A stretch of DNA of 29,778 nucleotides from a virus (IMGVR_UViG_3300018030_000010:1-29778), one strand, 5' to 3'. Numbered from the stretch's first letter, positions 17,674 through 25,900 are shown. The notes: generated by a model from the letters alone, not told the origin. Numbers and translations: made by a program.

Positions 17674-19005
17674 TTAATCTTTTCCGTTTTTTCCCTCCGG
17701 GTCCTCTGTGTCCTCTGTGTCTCCGTGGTGAATGTCTTTCTTCTTCCCTACGAGCATCTGCGTTTCCGCCGCAGTCATGTCCCCGAATTTGCTCTTCATC
17801 GGAGGCCTGCTTGTCATTGCTCGATACTCATTCGGCGTAGTTGCATTATTGCGGTATTCAATTCCATATCTCCTTGCGACTTCCGTTTCGTCCTCTCTGT
17901 CCAGCGTGGTCCATCGAAAATGTATCTGGTAGAAGCCCAGTTTCCCTTCGATCATTTCCCTATTTATATGCCGTCTAATGAGACCGGCAGTCGGGATGAT
18001 GGCTATCTCCCAATCGCGATCTGTTGCGACCTCGGCTGTGCTCCGATTGACATCAGCTTCAAGGCCCATATTCATTGGGGAGATTCCGAAGGGAACTGCG
18101 ATCTCCCTGATGATATGCTCCTGATATTTGAGATAGAGGGCTGCATCGCTACCCGCATGGAGCTTTATGGCCTTGAGGTCCTGGTAGCCAACAATCGGCA
18201 TGGCCCCCTGGCCTTCAATTTCATCGTGCCACCAGCTCCTCACCCTCTTGATTTGATCTTCAGTCGCTCCTTGAAAAAGAATTATATTTTGTGGCTGCGC
18301 ATTTCCGGCTACGTTCCCGGAATATTCAGCCGTCGTCAATTGCCGGTTGAGGGTTGCGAATGCTATTTCTAGCGGCCCGAAGCCGAACGGGTTCTCGGTT
18401 GTCGGATCTTTGCGGATATAGATTAGTTCGTCATTCCGAAGCTGGATTCCCTGGACGCCGCCTATGTTGCCGTATCCGAGCGTCTGCAGGTATCTCGCTT
18501 CATCCCACGCCCCGGTCCATCCGGCGTATATCTGTATGGACATCCCATCGACCGGCCAAAGCCATACGGGCCGTTTCGGGTCCGATCCGAGTTGCTGTTC
18601 TATCGCGCCGGCGCCACATACTAAAATGTCCTCAACCGTTTGCTCGGCCAGGCTTTCGAACGAATCATCGCGATTTGGCCTCTCCAAACATGATGTTGTA
18701 ATGTTGATTTGCCTTTTAATTTCAGACGTTAACGCTACGCCTGGCTTTGGTACGATCTCCCACTGACCTCTATCGCATAGAGTGCCAATCGGGTCCTTGA
18801 TCGTATTTATTGCGCGCCTGGCATACGGCGTCCGCGAAAACTTCCGGACGTTCATCGCCGTGGGCTTGATGAGCGGTTTTTCCCGCGTCGTGTAGCCCCC
18901 GACGTTCATTAACCTGGGATAAAGCCTCGTTTCCCGCACAGGCTCCTGTCTGCGCCTGCCGATTTTCTTCGCCTTCTCCCAGGCTCGCTTCATCAATCCC
19001 GGCAT
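17674..19005 (-). CDS. Portal protein (HK97-like); C-terminus encoded by a family B arm (17703-17732)
   Basis: LWPVDG, ELIYIR...FGFGPLE, IAVPFGISPMNMGL..VNRSTAE, TPNEYR; follows terminase. Confidence 0.88.
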   Translation of the reverse strand: MPGLMKRAWEKAKKIGRRRQEPVRETRLYPRLMNVGGYTTREKPLIKPTAMNVRKFSRTPYARRAINTIKDPIGTLCDRGQWEIVPKPGVALTSEIKRQINITTSCLERPNRDDSFESLAEQTVEDILVCGAGAIEQQLGSDPKRPVWLWPVDGMSIQIYAGWTGAWDEARYLQTLGYGNIGGVQGIQLRNDELIYIRKDPTTENPFGFGPLEIAFATLNRQLTTAEYSGNVAGNAQPQNIILFQGATEDQIKRVRSWWHDEIEGQGAMPIVGYQDLKAIKLHAGSDAALYLKYQEHIIREIAVPFGISPMNMGLEADVNRSTAEVATDRDWEIAIIPTAGLIRRHINREMIEGKLGFYQIHFRWTTLDREDETEVARRYGIEYRNNATTPNEYRAMTSRPPMKSKFGDMTAAETQMLVGKKKDIHHGDTEDTEDPEGKNGKD

Positions 19006-19017
19006 AAAATCAAATCC

Positions 19018-19137
19018 TCACCACAGAGGCACAGAGAGCGCAGAGAAGAGCCTCACTATGCATAAAACCTAAAAGCTTTAAGTATTGGTTTTTACCCAAA
19101 GAAGTTTCCTCTATGTCCTCTGTGCCTCTGTGGTGAA
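19018..19137. repeat. Family B inverted element
   Basis: tcaccacagaggcacagagagcgcagag ... ctctatgtcctctgtgcctctgtggtgaa. Confidence 0.9.
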
Positions 19138-19169
19138 TGCTTTTCCGCCTCTATGGTGAGAAGTCTTTC

Positions 19170-20648
19170 TTATATGCTTCCCAGCGCCAGCGGAAATTCC
19201 GCCTCCATCGACGTCGCGAAGACGACCATCGCCCCGGCGATTGCGGCGTCCCCGTGCCTCTGCTCGCCGTCTTTTTTCACCCGGCTAGACTCCGGGACCT
19301 TCGCCACGCCCTTGATCATCTTAAGCGATCTCAAATCCTCCATGACCCTGCTGTCTTTGGCGATGAGCAATTCCTTGTCGTCAATCCGCGCCTTGAATTT
19401 CGGCATGTTTTCGCGATACCAGCCTTCAGTCAGCATCACTTCGGCTATCCGGTCCGGACCGTATTTCTGCCGGGCGACTTCGGCCAGATATTGGCCGTTT
19501 CCTCTGGCGTCGAGCGCCCCGCCGCTGAATCGCGGGAGCCGGTCGCAAATGAAGTAAAATATTTGCTTCTGCGCCTCGAACGGCATATTGCGCAGTTCGA
19601 GGATAAAAGGCGTCGCCAGAAGAAGATTGGGCATTTCCTGCGCCGGCCAAAATACGGAAAGATCTCCCAGCCTTCCGAAGTCCCCCCCGACATAGCTCGG
19701 CAGTGCGGGCGCAAGCCGGCTCAAAAGCGGGGCGAGATTTTCTTCACACCAGTCCTGTATTTCCAGCACGCGCTGCGCCTCACTCCAATCGACAAAATCC
19801 TGCGCCGGCGGGGCCCACCTGATAACGGGGATTTCGGCCCTCATGCACGCTTCGATTTGCGCCCGCGTCAGATAAAGGCCGCTGCCCTTGCTCGGGATGC
19901 AAAAGAGTTCCTCGTCGGCGTTGTCGCCGTAAAAATCTATGAGTTGCTGGCGCCACTCCTCTTCCTTTTTCTGGCTCCATTCTTCGCCTTTTACGAGGCA
20001 GATCCGCCTGTAAAGTCCCTCGGCCAGGGCCTCGTCGAGCGTCTCCCTGTGCAGCGAGTATTTTTTCTTACCGGCCCTTATGTCCTGGATATACTGGTTG
20101 AATTCGTTGTCTTCGCCGTTGTGCGTGGATATCACTTCGACCTGGCCGCCCCACATGACGAGCGCGATCGCGGCCTTCAAAAGCTCGTCCAGGTCGTCGC
20201 AAAAGGCCGCTTCGTCGAGGACTACGCGGCCCTGCTTGCTCCGCAGGTTCCGGGGCGCGCTGGTCAGTGCGCTCACGTGCCGCCTCGAGGCAAATCTCAC
20301 CCGGTAGATGTGAATTTCTTTGTCATCTTCCAGGATCGTTTCTTCTTCGATATCGGAAACGGCCATCTCGAACCGTTTCGCCCATATGGCGACGTCGCCT
20401 ATGTATGTCTCGGTCATGGATTTATCGTAGGAGATGTAAAACGTATTCATCTTGTCTTCGGCCGCAAGCAGGCAACTCTCCGAAGCGTCCCCATAGGATG
20501 CCCCTATGCGCCGTGATTTTTCCCAGAACTTTATGGCCGCCCGGTCTTCGTTCCACCGGTTCTGATAAGGCAAAAGAAGGGCCGGCGCCACAGGTGCAGG
20601 ACTGAGTGCTGAGTGCTGAGGACTGAGGATGGAAGATTGAGAACTCAT
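19170..20648 (-). CDS. Terminase large subunit, Mu gp28-like
   Basis: LLPYQ, EKSRRIGASY (Walker A), VVLDEAAF (Walker B), ISTHNG, GGDFGR, DARGNG, HGDAAIA; N-terminal ~17 aa encoded by family I repeat. Confidence 0.95.
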   Translation of the reverse strand: MSSQSSILSPQHSALSPAPVAPALLLPYQNRWNEDRAAIKFWEKSRRIGASYGDASESCLLAAEDKMNTFYISYDKSMTETYIGDVAIWAKRFEMAVSDIEEETILEDDKEIHIYRVRFASRRHVSALTSAPRNLRSKQGRVVLDEAAFCDDLDELLKAAIALVMWGGQVEVISTHNGEDNEFNQYIQDIRAGKKKYSLHRETLDEALAEGLYRRICLVKGEEWSQKKEEEWRQQLIDFYGDNADEELFCIPSKGSGLYLTRAQIEACMRAEIPVIRWAPPAQDFVDWSEAQRVLEIQDWCEENLAPLLSRLAPALPSYVGGDFGRLGDLSVFWPAQEMPNLLLATPFILELRNMPFEAQKQIFYFICDRLPRFSGGALDARGNGQYLAEVARQKYGPDRIAEVMLTEGWYRENMPKFKARIDDKELLIAKDSRVMEDLRSLKMIKGVAKVPESSRVKKDGEQRHGDAAIAGAMVVFATSMEAEFPLALGSI

Positions 20649-21811
20649 GAACCCTCTCCCATAAGCAATTTGCGCCGCAGTTCTTCCGCCATCTCGCTTG
20701 AAAGTCCTTTCCGTTTCTCCTTATCCGTCTTCTGCCTTCCGTCCTCCGATCTCCGTCTGAGAACTTCGATCAGTTCCATCGCATCCTTTACGGCCTTTAC
20801 CTGGGCCGGCCTGGCCACGCCCCGGGCAGTCTGCATAAGCCATAATTGATGCCTCACGAAATTCTGCAGCGCCTCGATTGCCTCTTCCTCGGTCATAAGC
20901 CCGACATCGGTCAGCACAACGGCTTCTTCTGGGGCCCCTATTGACGCAGCCGTGGAAGGCTGCGCTACCGCTTCTGATTTGGTGGCGCCGTCTTCTATGG
21001 CGGCACTGTCTGCCCGCTCTGTCATCCTTGCCAGATACGCCTGCGCCCGCTCGATCTCCGCGACTTTTATTTTCTCCGGATGATCGAGCATGGCGTTTAT
21101 CATTCTTGAAAACGCCTCCCAAAGAGCCTCGCGCGCATCTTCAGGGCTTGTAATTCCGCGCATTGCGGCTTCCAATTTTTGATCTTCTTCGCGGCCTTCG
21201 CGGCTTTCCTTGCCCCGTCCACGATCGGTGATATCGCCAGTTTTAAGTTGCTCTATCACCGCCAGCGCCTCGCGGATCTCCCGGAATGTGCCCGCGTTGA
21301 CTTTCTCCGGATCTCCGAGCACCCGCCCGATCCGGACGTCGACCAACTCTTCGAGGGCTGCGATCCGCTCCTCATCACCACTTATCACCCGCGCCGGAAC
21401 TTCATTCTCCGTCTTTGGCGCTTCGTCCTCAGTCCTCAGTCCTCGGTCCTCAGTCCTCCGTCTTACGGCTATCATCGTCTTCACCAGGCCGCAAAACGCA
21501 TAACAGGCCTGGTTGTCCACCACGCCGGCCGCCAGCGCCTCGAAATAATCTTCATAACGTTGCTTCTGCTTCCCCAGGGCTGCCACCAGGCCATTCTCCG
21601 CAATGGATGCCGCCTGCCGTTGCATCTCGGCTTCCAGGCTAGCCGCCCGGTTTTTCCAATCATATTTTTGCGCCCAGGCCATGAGCGTCTGCCGGCTGAC
21701 CGGCAGCCCGAGATCGGCGCGCTTGAGCCTGCGCTCCGTCTCGGAAAAATTCTGCCCGCATTCGATCCAGGTCCGGTATGCAAGCTCTCTTGCCTGTGTC
21801 TTTTCACTCAT
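20645..21811 (-). CDS. Putative terminase small subunit, expanded (N-terminal HTH plus three helical repeats)
   Basis: HTH-like VSRQTLMAWAQKYDW; C-terminal KGLSSEMAEELRRKLL typical of Mu-like small terminases; ATGA overlap with large subunit; start 21811 chosen. Confidence 0.7.
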   Translation of the reverse strand: MSEKTQARELAYRTWIECGQNFSETERRLKRADLGLPVSRQTLMAWAQKYDWKNRAASLEAEMQRQAASIAENGLVAALGKQKQRYEDYFEALAAGVVDNQACYAFCGLVKTMIAVRRRTEDRGLRTEDEAPKTENEVPARVISGDEERIAALEELVDVRIGRVLGDPEKVNAGTFREIREALAVIEQLKTGDITDRGRGKESREGREEDQKLEAAMRGITSPEDAREALWEAFSRMINAMLDHPEKIKVAEIERAQAYLARMTERADSAAIEDGATKSEAVAQPSTAASIGAPEEAVVLTDVGLMTEEEAIEALQNFVRHQLWLMQTARGVARPAQVKAVKDAMELIEVLRRRSEDGRQKTDKEKRKGLSSEMAEELRRKLLMGEGS

Positions 21812-21820
21812 AAAAAAACT

Positions 21821-21941
21821 CCACCACAAAGGCACAGAGGGGACCGAGAAAAGCATTCGTGGGGAGAATGCAGGGCTAAAAGCTCTTGGATTTTATGCAT
21901 AGCAATTCTCTTCTCTGTGCCCTCTGTGTCTCCGTGGTGAA
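21821..21941. repeat. Family B inverted element
   Basis: ccaccacaaaggcacagagg ... ctctgtgccctctgtgtctccgtggtgaa. Confidence 0.88.
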
Positions 21942-22238
21942 TCAGCACTCAATCCCGCAATCCTTCACGCGCCCATCCATTGCATCGATCCCATACGCGG
22001 TGATCCTTACGAGCGTTATCCCGAACCCTTCTTTCCTGTCGAGTGTCAGGCAACTCTTTTCGGCCAGGTAATTCAGATAAAAATCCAGCGTATGCGAATC
22101 CATCGGATACCCAAGGGTCGCCATAGTCGCCCGCAGAAGCTCCGAATCCACGGACCGGGGATAGGCCTTTGCGGCGATTGTCAAAATGTGCCGTCTCATC
22201 ATGTTATGCCGGACGTTCGCGAGCTCATCGACGGCCAT
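21942..22238 (-). CDS. Mu gp26-like winged-helix protein
   Basis: RRHIL...LNYLAEK...RITAYGIDAMDGR...GI pattern and position upstream of small terminase. Confidence 0.7.
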   Translation of the reverse strand: MAVDELANVRHNMMRRHILTIAAKAYPRSVDSELLRATMATLGYPMDSHTLDFYLNYLAEKSCLTLDRKEGFGITLVRITAYGIDAMDGRVKDCGIEC

Positions 22239-22627
22239 TATTCATCTCCTTCGGCAGCTATTGGCTTTTGTGAATGGACCATTTTTAATGTCTTCTCAAG
22301 GCTTCCAATGCGAGCGGCTTCTTCCTTTGCTGTCCGTACTTCATCGCGCAACCACTTCAATTCCTGGCCCACAACCTGCACGGCGAGCAAAATCTCCCGG
22401 TGATCGTTATTGTCCCTTTGGATGTAGGTCTGTATCGCGGCGCTCATGCCCGTCATGCTCAGCGCCTGCTGGGCCATCGCTTCTGCGATTTTCTCCTGAG
22501 TCGCAATGAACGCCACGCCGAACCTTATGGACAATTTATAGATAACGACCACGATGAGCGCGCAGATGACCACGGTGCATCCGAGGTCCACCAGGCTCTT
22601 GATTAACGTCAGATCGTTCATGGGCAA
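22238..22627 (-). CDS. Membrane-anchored coiled-coil protein (holin-like / Mu gp25 position)
   Basis: One N-terminal hydrophobic segment followed by helical region; synteny. Confidence 0.55.
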   Translation of the reverse strand: MPMNDLTLIKSLVDLGCTVVICALIVVVIYKLSIRFGVAFIATQEKIAEAMAQQALSMTGMSAAIQTYIQRDNNDHREILLAVQVVGQELKWLRDEVRTAKEEAARIGSLEKTLKMVHSQKPIAAEGDE

Positions 22628-22636
22628 AAATCTTTC

Positions 22637-22797
22637 TCACCACGAAGATTGTTGGCGTAAAAACAAAAAATCTATCACCACGAAGAGCACGAAGAGCACG
22701 AAGGAAAAAATTCATAGGGAGAGGCAATGCCTAAAAAGTTTTGGTTTTTATCCATAACGAGTCTTTTCTTCGTGTCCTTCGTGCCCTTCGTGGTGAA
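22637..22797. repeat. Family A inverted element with an extra partial left arm
   Basis: tcaccacgaag ... tcaccacgaagagcacgaagagcacgaag ... cttcgtgtccttcgtgcccttcgtggtgaa. Confidence 0.9.
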
Positions 22798-22805
22798 TTC
22801 TTCTC

Positions 22806-23066
22806 TTATTCCGTGATCGCCGCATTCGGCTGAGCAGGCGGCGGAATCGGAAGCGGCGCGGTCCACGGCGGCGTGGTGAAGGCTTCCGATGTCCCGGCTT
22901 TATTGACCGCGACGATAACGGCCTTATATTCCGTCCCCGGAACCGCAATAAAATCGACCAGGGCCGAACCGTCTGCCTCGGGGATTATTTGCCCATTCGG
23001 GATCGGAAGTCCCTGCACCTGGTAATACTCAACGTTTTCAAGAGGTTCGATTTTAAGCTGTGCCAT
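22806..23066 (-). CDS. Small fibronectin-III-like beta protein with Pro-rich tail
   Basis: VEYYQV, PGTEYKAVIVAVNKAGTSE resembles FN3 consensus; GGAGG RBS. Confidence 0.55.
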   Translation of the reverse strand: MAQLKIEPLENVEYYQVQGLPIPNGQIIPEADGSALVDFIAVPGTEYKAVIVAVNKAGTSEAFTTPPWTAPLPIPPPAQPNAAITE

Positions 23067-23093
23067 TTCACTTTCCTCCCGTTATTGATGCCT

Positions 23094-23126
23094 TTGGTTC
23101 GCCGCCGTGGAAGGCGGCGCTACCTC
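23094..23126. repeat. Family G REP-like copy; perfect 33-bp inverted match to 24004-24036
   Basis: ttggttcgccgccgtggaaggcggcgctacctc. Confidence 0.92.
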
Positions 23127-23475
23127 ACTCTTCATGACTTATTGATGCTGAAGGTTGCAAAGGCGCTCCTCCCGCTCCCGCATTGAGGGTCCGGTTTAGC
23201 TGCTGGACCTGCCCTGCAATCTTCGACGGGTCCCCATCGATTAGGTCCTGCATCTCCTGCTCGATCTTAGGGCCAACAACATCAAATGTTTTTCTAATAG
23301 GCTCGGGCAAATCGGCTTGTACGCCCTGCCAGCCGGCGATGAAAAACTGAGAGAGGAACTCAAGTACATAATTCGGCCGCAATTGCGTTGATTTGCCAAT
23401 TGCCTCGGAGAGATAAAAGAGCAAATAACCCACTGGGCAGATGACGTAGATCCAGATCGGGATTTCGACTGTCAT
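23125..23475 (-). CDS. Hypothetical membrane protein
   Basis: N-terminal hydrophobic segment; ATGA overlap with upstream gene; AAGGAG RBS. Confidence 0.65.
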   Translation of the reverse strand: MTVEIPIWIYVICPVGYLLFYLSEAIGKSTQLRPNYVLEFLSQFFIAGWQGVQADLPEPIRKTFDVVGPKIEQEMQDLIDGDPSKIAGQVQQLNRTLNAGAGGAPLQPSASISHEE

Positions 23476-23885
23476 TTCGCCTGCTCCTTGTTCTTGTGCG
23501 CCCAGAAAGCATCATCCCCCCAGGACGCGACGAATTTGTAGTATTCAAACGCTGCGGATCTGCATGCCACGCGCTGAACGTGCTCTATGATTCCGTTGAG
23601 GACACAATGCTCATCGACTGCGAGGAGTAAATTATAAAGGAAGCACCGGTCTGCGATCCTCTTATGCTTCTCCGTTTCCCCGAAATGGTAGCAGGCATCA
23701 TGGCCACAGCAGGCGGGGTAGAAATCGACGCCCAGGATCGAATCGGGGACGAGTTTGCGCTTCATGCTCTCCGGCCCGCAGCCGTTCGATATGTTCTTGA
23801 GCTGCTCGGAGCTGAGTTCAGCCACAATCCGGGGTAGCATCATGCCGCCGGGAGTGTTTACGATCTCGGCAAATACATCGCTCAT
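23472..23885 (-). CDS. Phospholipase A2-like protein
   Basis: NGCGP...DFYPACCGHDACY (C-x-x-H-D-x-C-Y catalytic motif), downstream ADRCF and YYKFV; start 23885 chosen. Confidence 0.65.
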   Translation of the reverse strand: MSDVFAEIVNTPGGMMLPRIVAELSSEQLKNISNGCGPESMKRKLVPDSILGVDFYPACCGHDACYHFGETEKHKRIADRCFLYNLLLAVDEHCVLNGIIEHVQRVACRSAAFEYYKFVASWGDDAFWAHKNKEQAK

Positions 23886-24100
23886 TGCGTTTTTCTTTCC
23901 CTTTCCCACTCCCGAAACCGTTCGCAGAGGTCGCGACACTCCGATATCCCCGCGATTACTCGATAATTCACGCAGTTATAGCAGGGACAATCGAATGGGA
24001 TGGGAGGTAGCGCCGCCTTCCACGGCGGCGAACCAAGCGGTCGGCAACCTTCCCCTCCCTGCTTCTCGCTTCCCGCTTCCATCTCCATCACCAATCCCAT
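23882..24100 (-). CDS. Small Cys-rich hypothetical protein
   Basis: CPCYNC...CRDLCERFREW; stop overlaps PLA2-like ATG (ATGA); N-terminal half runs through repeat sequence. Confidence 0.5.
   Translation of the reverse strand: MGLVMEMEAGSEKQGGEGCRPLGSPPWKAALPPIPFDCPCYNCVNYRVIAGISECRDLCERFREWERERKTQ
24004..24036. repeat. Family G REP-like copy
   Basis: gaggtagcgccgccttccacggcggcgaaccaa. Confidence 0.92.
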
Positions 24101-24236
24101 CTGCGCTGAAAGTAGAGCATCTTCTTCCCTGTCTGCGGCAGGACTGTATCCTGTTCCCCGAATCCATTCACTCCGGTCCAGCCGGGCCAGCCGGCCGGGA
24201 CCTCATCGCTCCCGGCGAGTTGATCCAGCTCCGCCG

Positions 24237-24860
24237 CTACTTCGAGGAGCCAGCGGGGGTAGCCGGCTGCGTAGGGACCGCAGGCGCGACTCCTGGGTTC
24301 GTGGCTGCTTGAGCTGCCGCTAAGACGCTTCCCACTTTCGAAGAGGCGTCCGTTACTGCTTTATCCACAATCGCAGCCTGTGCCGCGACGCTCGTGTCCG
24401 ACGCCTTTGCGGCCAGCAGGTTATCAAGGTTACCGACTTCCTTGCTTGCCAACGCTATTGCGGGACCGGCTGAGGGGTCGGCTATCGTTGCAACCGCCAG
24501 GCCCACCGGGGCGATAAGGCCCGCAACATAGGTATGATAGAATTGGCTCATGGTGGCCCAATTGGTTCCAGAGGATGAAGGCTGAGCTGCCGTGGAGGGT
24601 GCGTTCGTCGAGCGCTGAGTGGTGGCGCAGAAACTGCCGCCACATGCGAACGTGGCGATCAATACAATTGCGATTGCGAACCTGGCGCCGCCAACGGGCA
24701 TGAATTTGCGGTATGCTCTGCGTTGTCCAAACAGGATGAAAATGAGAGCGGCCACAAACAATAATCCAAGGGCTATCATTGGCGCGATGGTCAACAGAAC
24801 GAAGATGAGGACCAAAGCGATCAACATAAAACCGACTGCAATTCCGATAAGCGTTTTCAT
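24237..24860 (-). CDS. Membrane protein, possibly lysis-related
   Basis: Three hydrophobic segments, then Ala-rich helical region; GAGGAG RBS. Confidence 0.6.
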   Translation of the reverse strand: MKTLIGIAVGFMLIALVLIFVLLTIAPMIALGLLFVAALIFILFGQRRAYRKFMPVGGARFAIAIVLIATFACGGSFCATTQRSTNAPSTAAQPSSSGTNWATMSQFYHTYVAGLIAPVGLAVATIADPSAGPAIALASKEVGNLDNLLAAKASDTSVAAQAAIVDKAVTDASSKVGSVLAAAQAATNPGVAPAVPTQPATPAGSSK

Positions 24861-24910
24861 TTATTTCTCCTCACTGCTCATTCTTCACTGTTCACTGCCC
24901 TTAATCCCCC

Positions 24911-24955
24911 AAAACAAAAAAAGCCCGGCCCCACGCTTTCGCGTGGTGACCGGGC
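24911..24955 (-). terminator. Intrinsic terminator downstream of the Com-like gene
   Basis: Minus strand gcccggtcaccacgc-gaaa-gcgtggggccgggc followed by a U-tract. Confidence 0.75.
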
Positions 24956-24981
24956 ATCGTGTGCCTCTGGGGCGACTGGAA

Positions 24982-25049
24982 GAGTTTTGAGTTTCCAGTT
25001 TCGAGTTTTTAGTAATTATTCAAAACCAAAAACTCCCAACCAAAAACTG
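24982..25049. repeat. Family K 7-bp inverted element (AGTTTTG-like ... CAAAAAC-like)
   Basis: gagttttgagtttccagtttcgagtttttag / caaaaccaaaaactcccaaccaaaaact. Confidence 0.7.
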
Positions 25050-25112
25050 CCCTTCCCGTCCGGCGGCTTTATTTCTCCGCTTCGGCCCTCAAGGGGGCTC
25101 TAAATTGTCACG

Positions 25113-25322
25113 TTAAAAAATATCAGGCGCCTCGGCATTGTCAAGAACAATTTCAGATTTTAATTCGTTATTGCTCAATAAAAAAATAAGCTGCTTGCAT
25201 CCGCACCTATGGCAGATGATTTCGAGGACGCCGACGAAATCAGCCCTCCCGAGAAGGCGGCTGCATCGCCTGCAACGCACTTTCTCCAGTTGCGTTCGTA
25301 CGCTTCCCCCTCCTAAAAGCAT
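25113..25322 (-). CDS. com: Mu Com-like zinc-finger regulator
   Basis: VRCRRCSRLLGRA...LEIICHRCG matches the Com family pattern; start codon uncertain. Confidence 0.75.
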   Translation of the reverse strand: MLLGGGSVRTQLEKVRCRRCSRLLGRADFVGVLEIICHRCGCKQLIFLLSNNELKSEIVLDNAEAPDIF

Positions 25323-25508
25323 TTAGACCTTCCTCGCCGGTATATGATTAGTAAGTAAGTTTTCCCGGTTTTTCCGGCTGCCCACGCCTCCAAGGGCGAG
25401 GCCGGGCGCATCTTTTGGCTTAAGCCGATCCATGCCTGCCCATAAAAGGCCCATTATCCCGCTTCCAACCGCTACGCCTGCCATGAAAGCTACCGCCATT
25501 CCGAGCAT
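25323..25508 (-). CDS. Small membrane protein
   Basis: N-terminal hydrophobic helix; abuts Com-like gene. Confidence 0.5.
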   Translation of the reverse strand: MLGMAVAFMAGVAVGSGIMGLLWAGMDRLKPKDAPGLALGGVGSRKNRENLLTNHIPARKV

Positions 25509-25556
25509 CGCCTTCCCTCTTTTATCCTACCTCCGCCCTCTTACCTCCGACCTCCG

Positions 25557-25838
25557 TTACGATGCCCTCCTCAGCACGCTCACTTTTCCCGGCTTATCGA
25601 CAACCAGGTGCAGGGCCCCGCCGCCTTTGAGTATCTTCGCGGCCAGCTCGAAATCCTCCGGGCTCTCAAGGTAGCGCGCGAAAGTGATATGAGTGTATTC
25701 GCGGATCCGCAAACCAATGAACCGCTCGGCCATGTGATCGAGGTATCCGTCCCCTTTGACCTGGTGATGCGGCGTAATCCCCGCATTCACCATCTCCCGC
25801 CTGTTGTCTATTTTCCGCTGTAAAATGTCCGTAATCAT
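25557..25838 (-). CDS. Hypothetical protein
   Basis: 93 aa, AAGGAG upstream; YLDHMAERF...ITFARYLESP. Confidence 0.65.
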   Translation of the reverse strand: MITDILQRKIDNRREMVNAGITPHHQVKGDGYLDHMAERFIGLRIREYTHITFARYLESPEDFELAAKILKGGGALHLVVDKPGKVSVLRRAS

Positions 25839-25861
25839 TTCATGCTCCTTTCAAAAGATGC

Positions 25862-25889
25862 TCACCACAGAGGCACAGAGGGCATGGAG
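25862..25889. repeat. Family B left arm, unpaired locally
   Basis: tcaccacagaggcacagagggcatggag. Confidence 0.85.
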
Positions 25890-25900
25890 GGAAAAAATCT

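Noticed and set aside
40-21940. Long plus-strand ORFs (e.g. 40-1068, 1666-2889, 10740-11804, 15963-17072, 19137-20516)
   Set aside because: Antisense shadows of GC-rich minus-strand phage genes; no recognisable motifs
22675-22948. Short ORFs reading FTTKGTKDTK or HHEGHEGHEE that are made largely of repeat sequence (also 9-290, 13980-14168, 17476-17661)
   Set aside because: Translation artefacts of the 9-bp unit arms or other elements; they overlap better-supported genes or lack an RBS
24101-24236. GC-rich gap with short stems, considered as ribozyme/ncRNA
   Set aside because: GCGATGAG is not the hammerhead CUGAUGA core and no other family signature was recognised; an Rfam search would be needed
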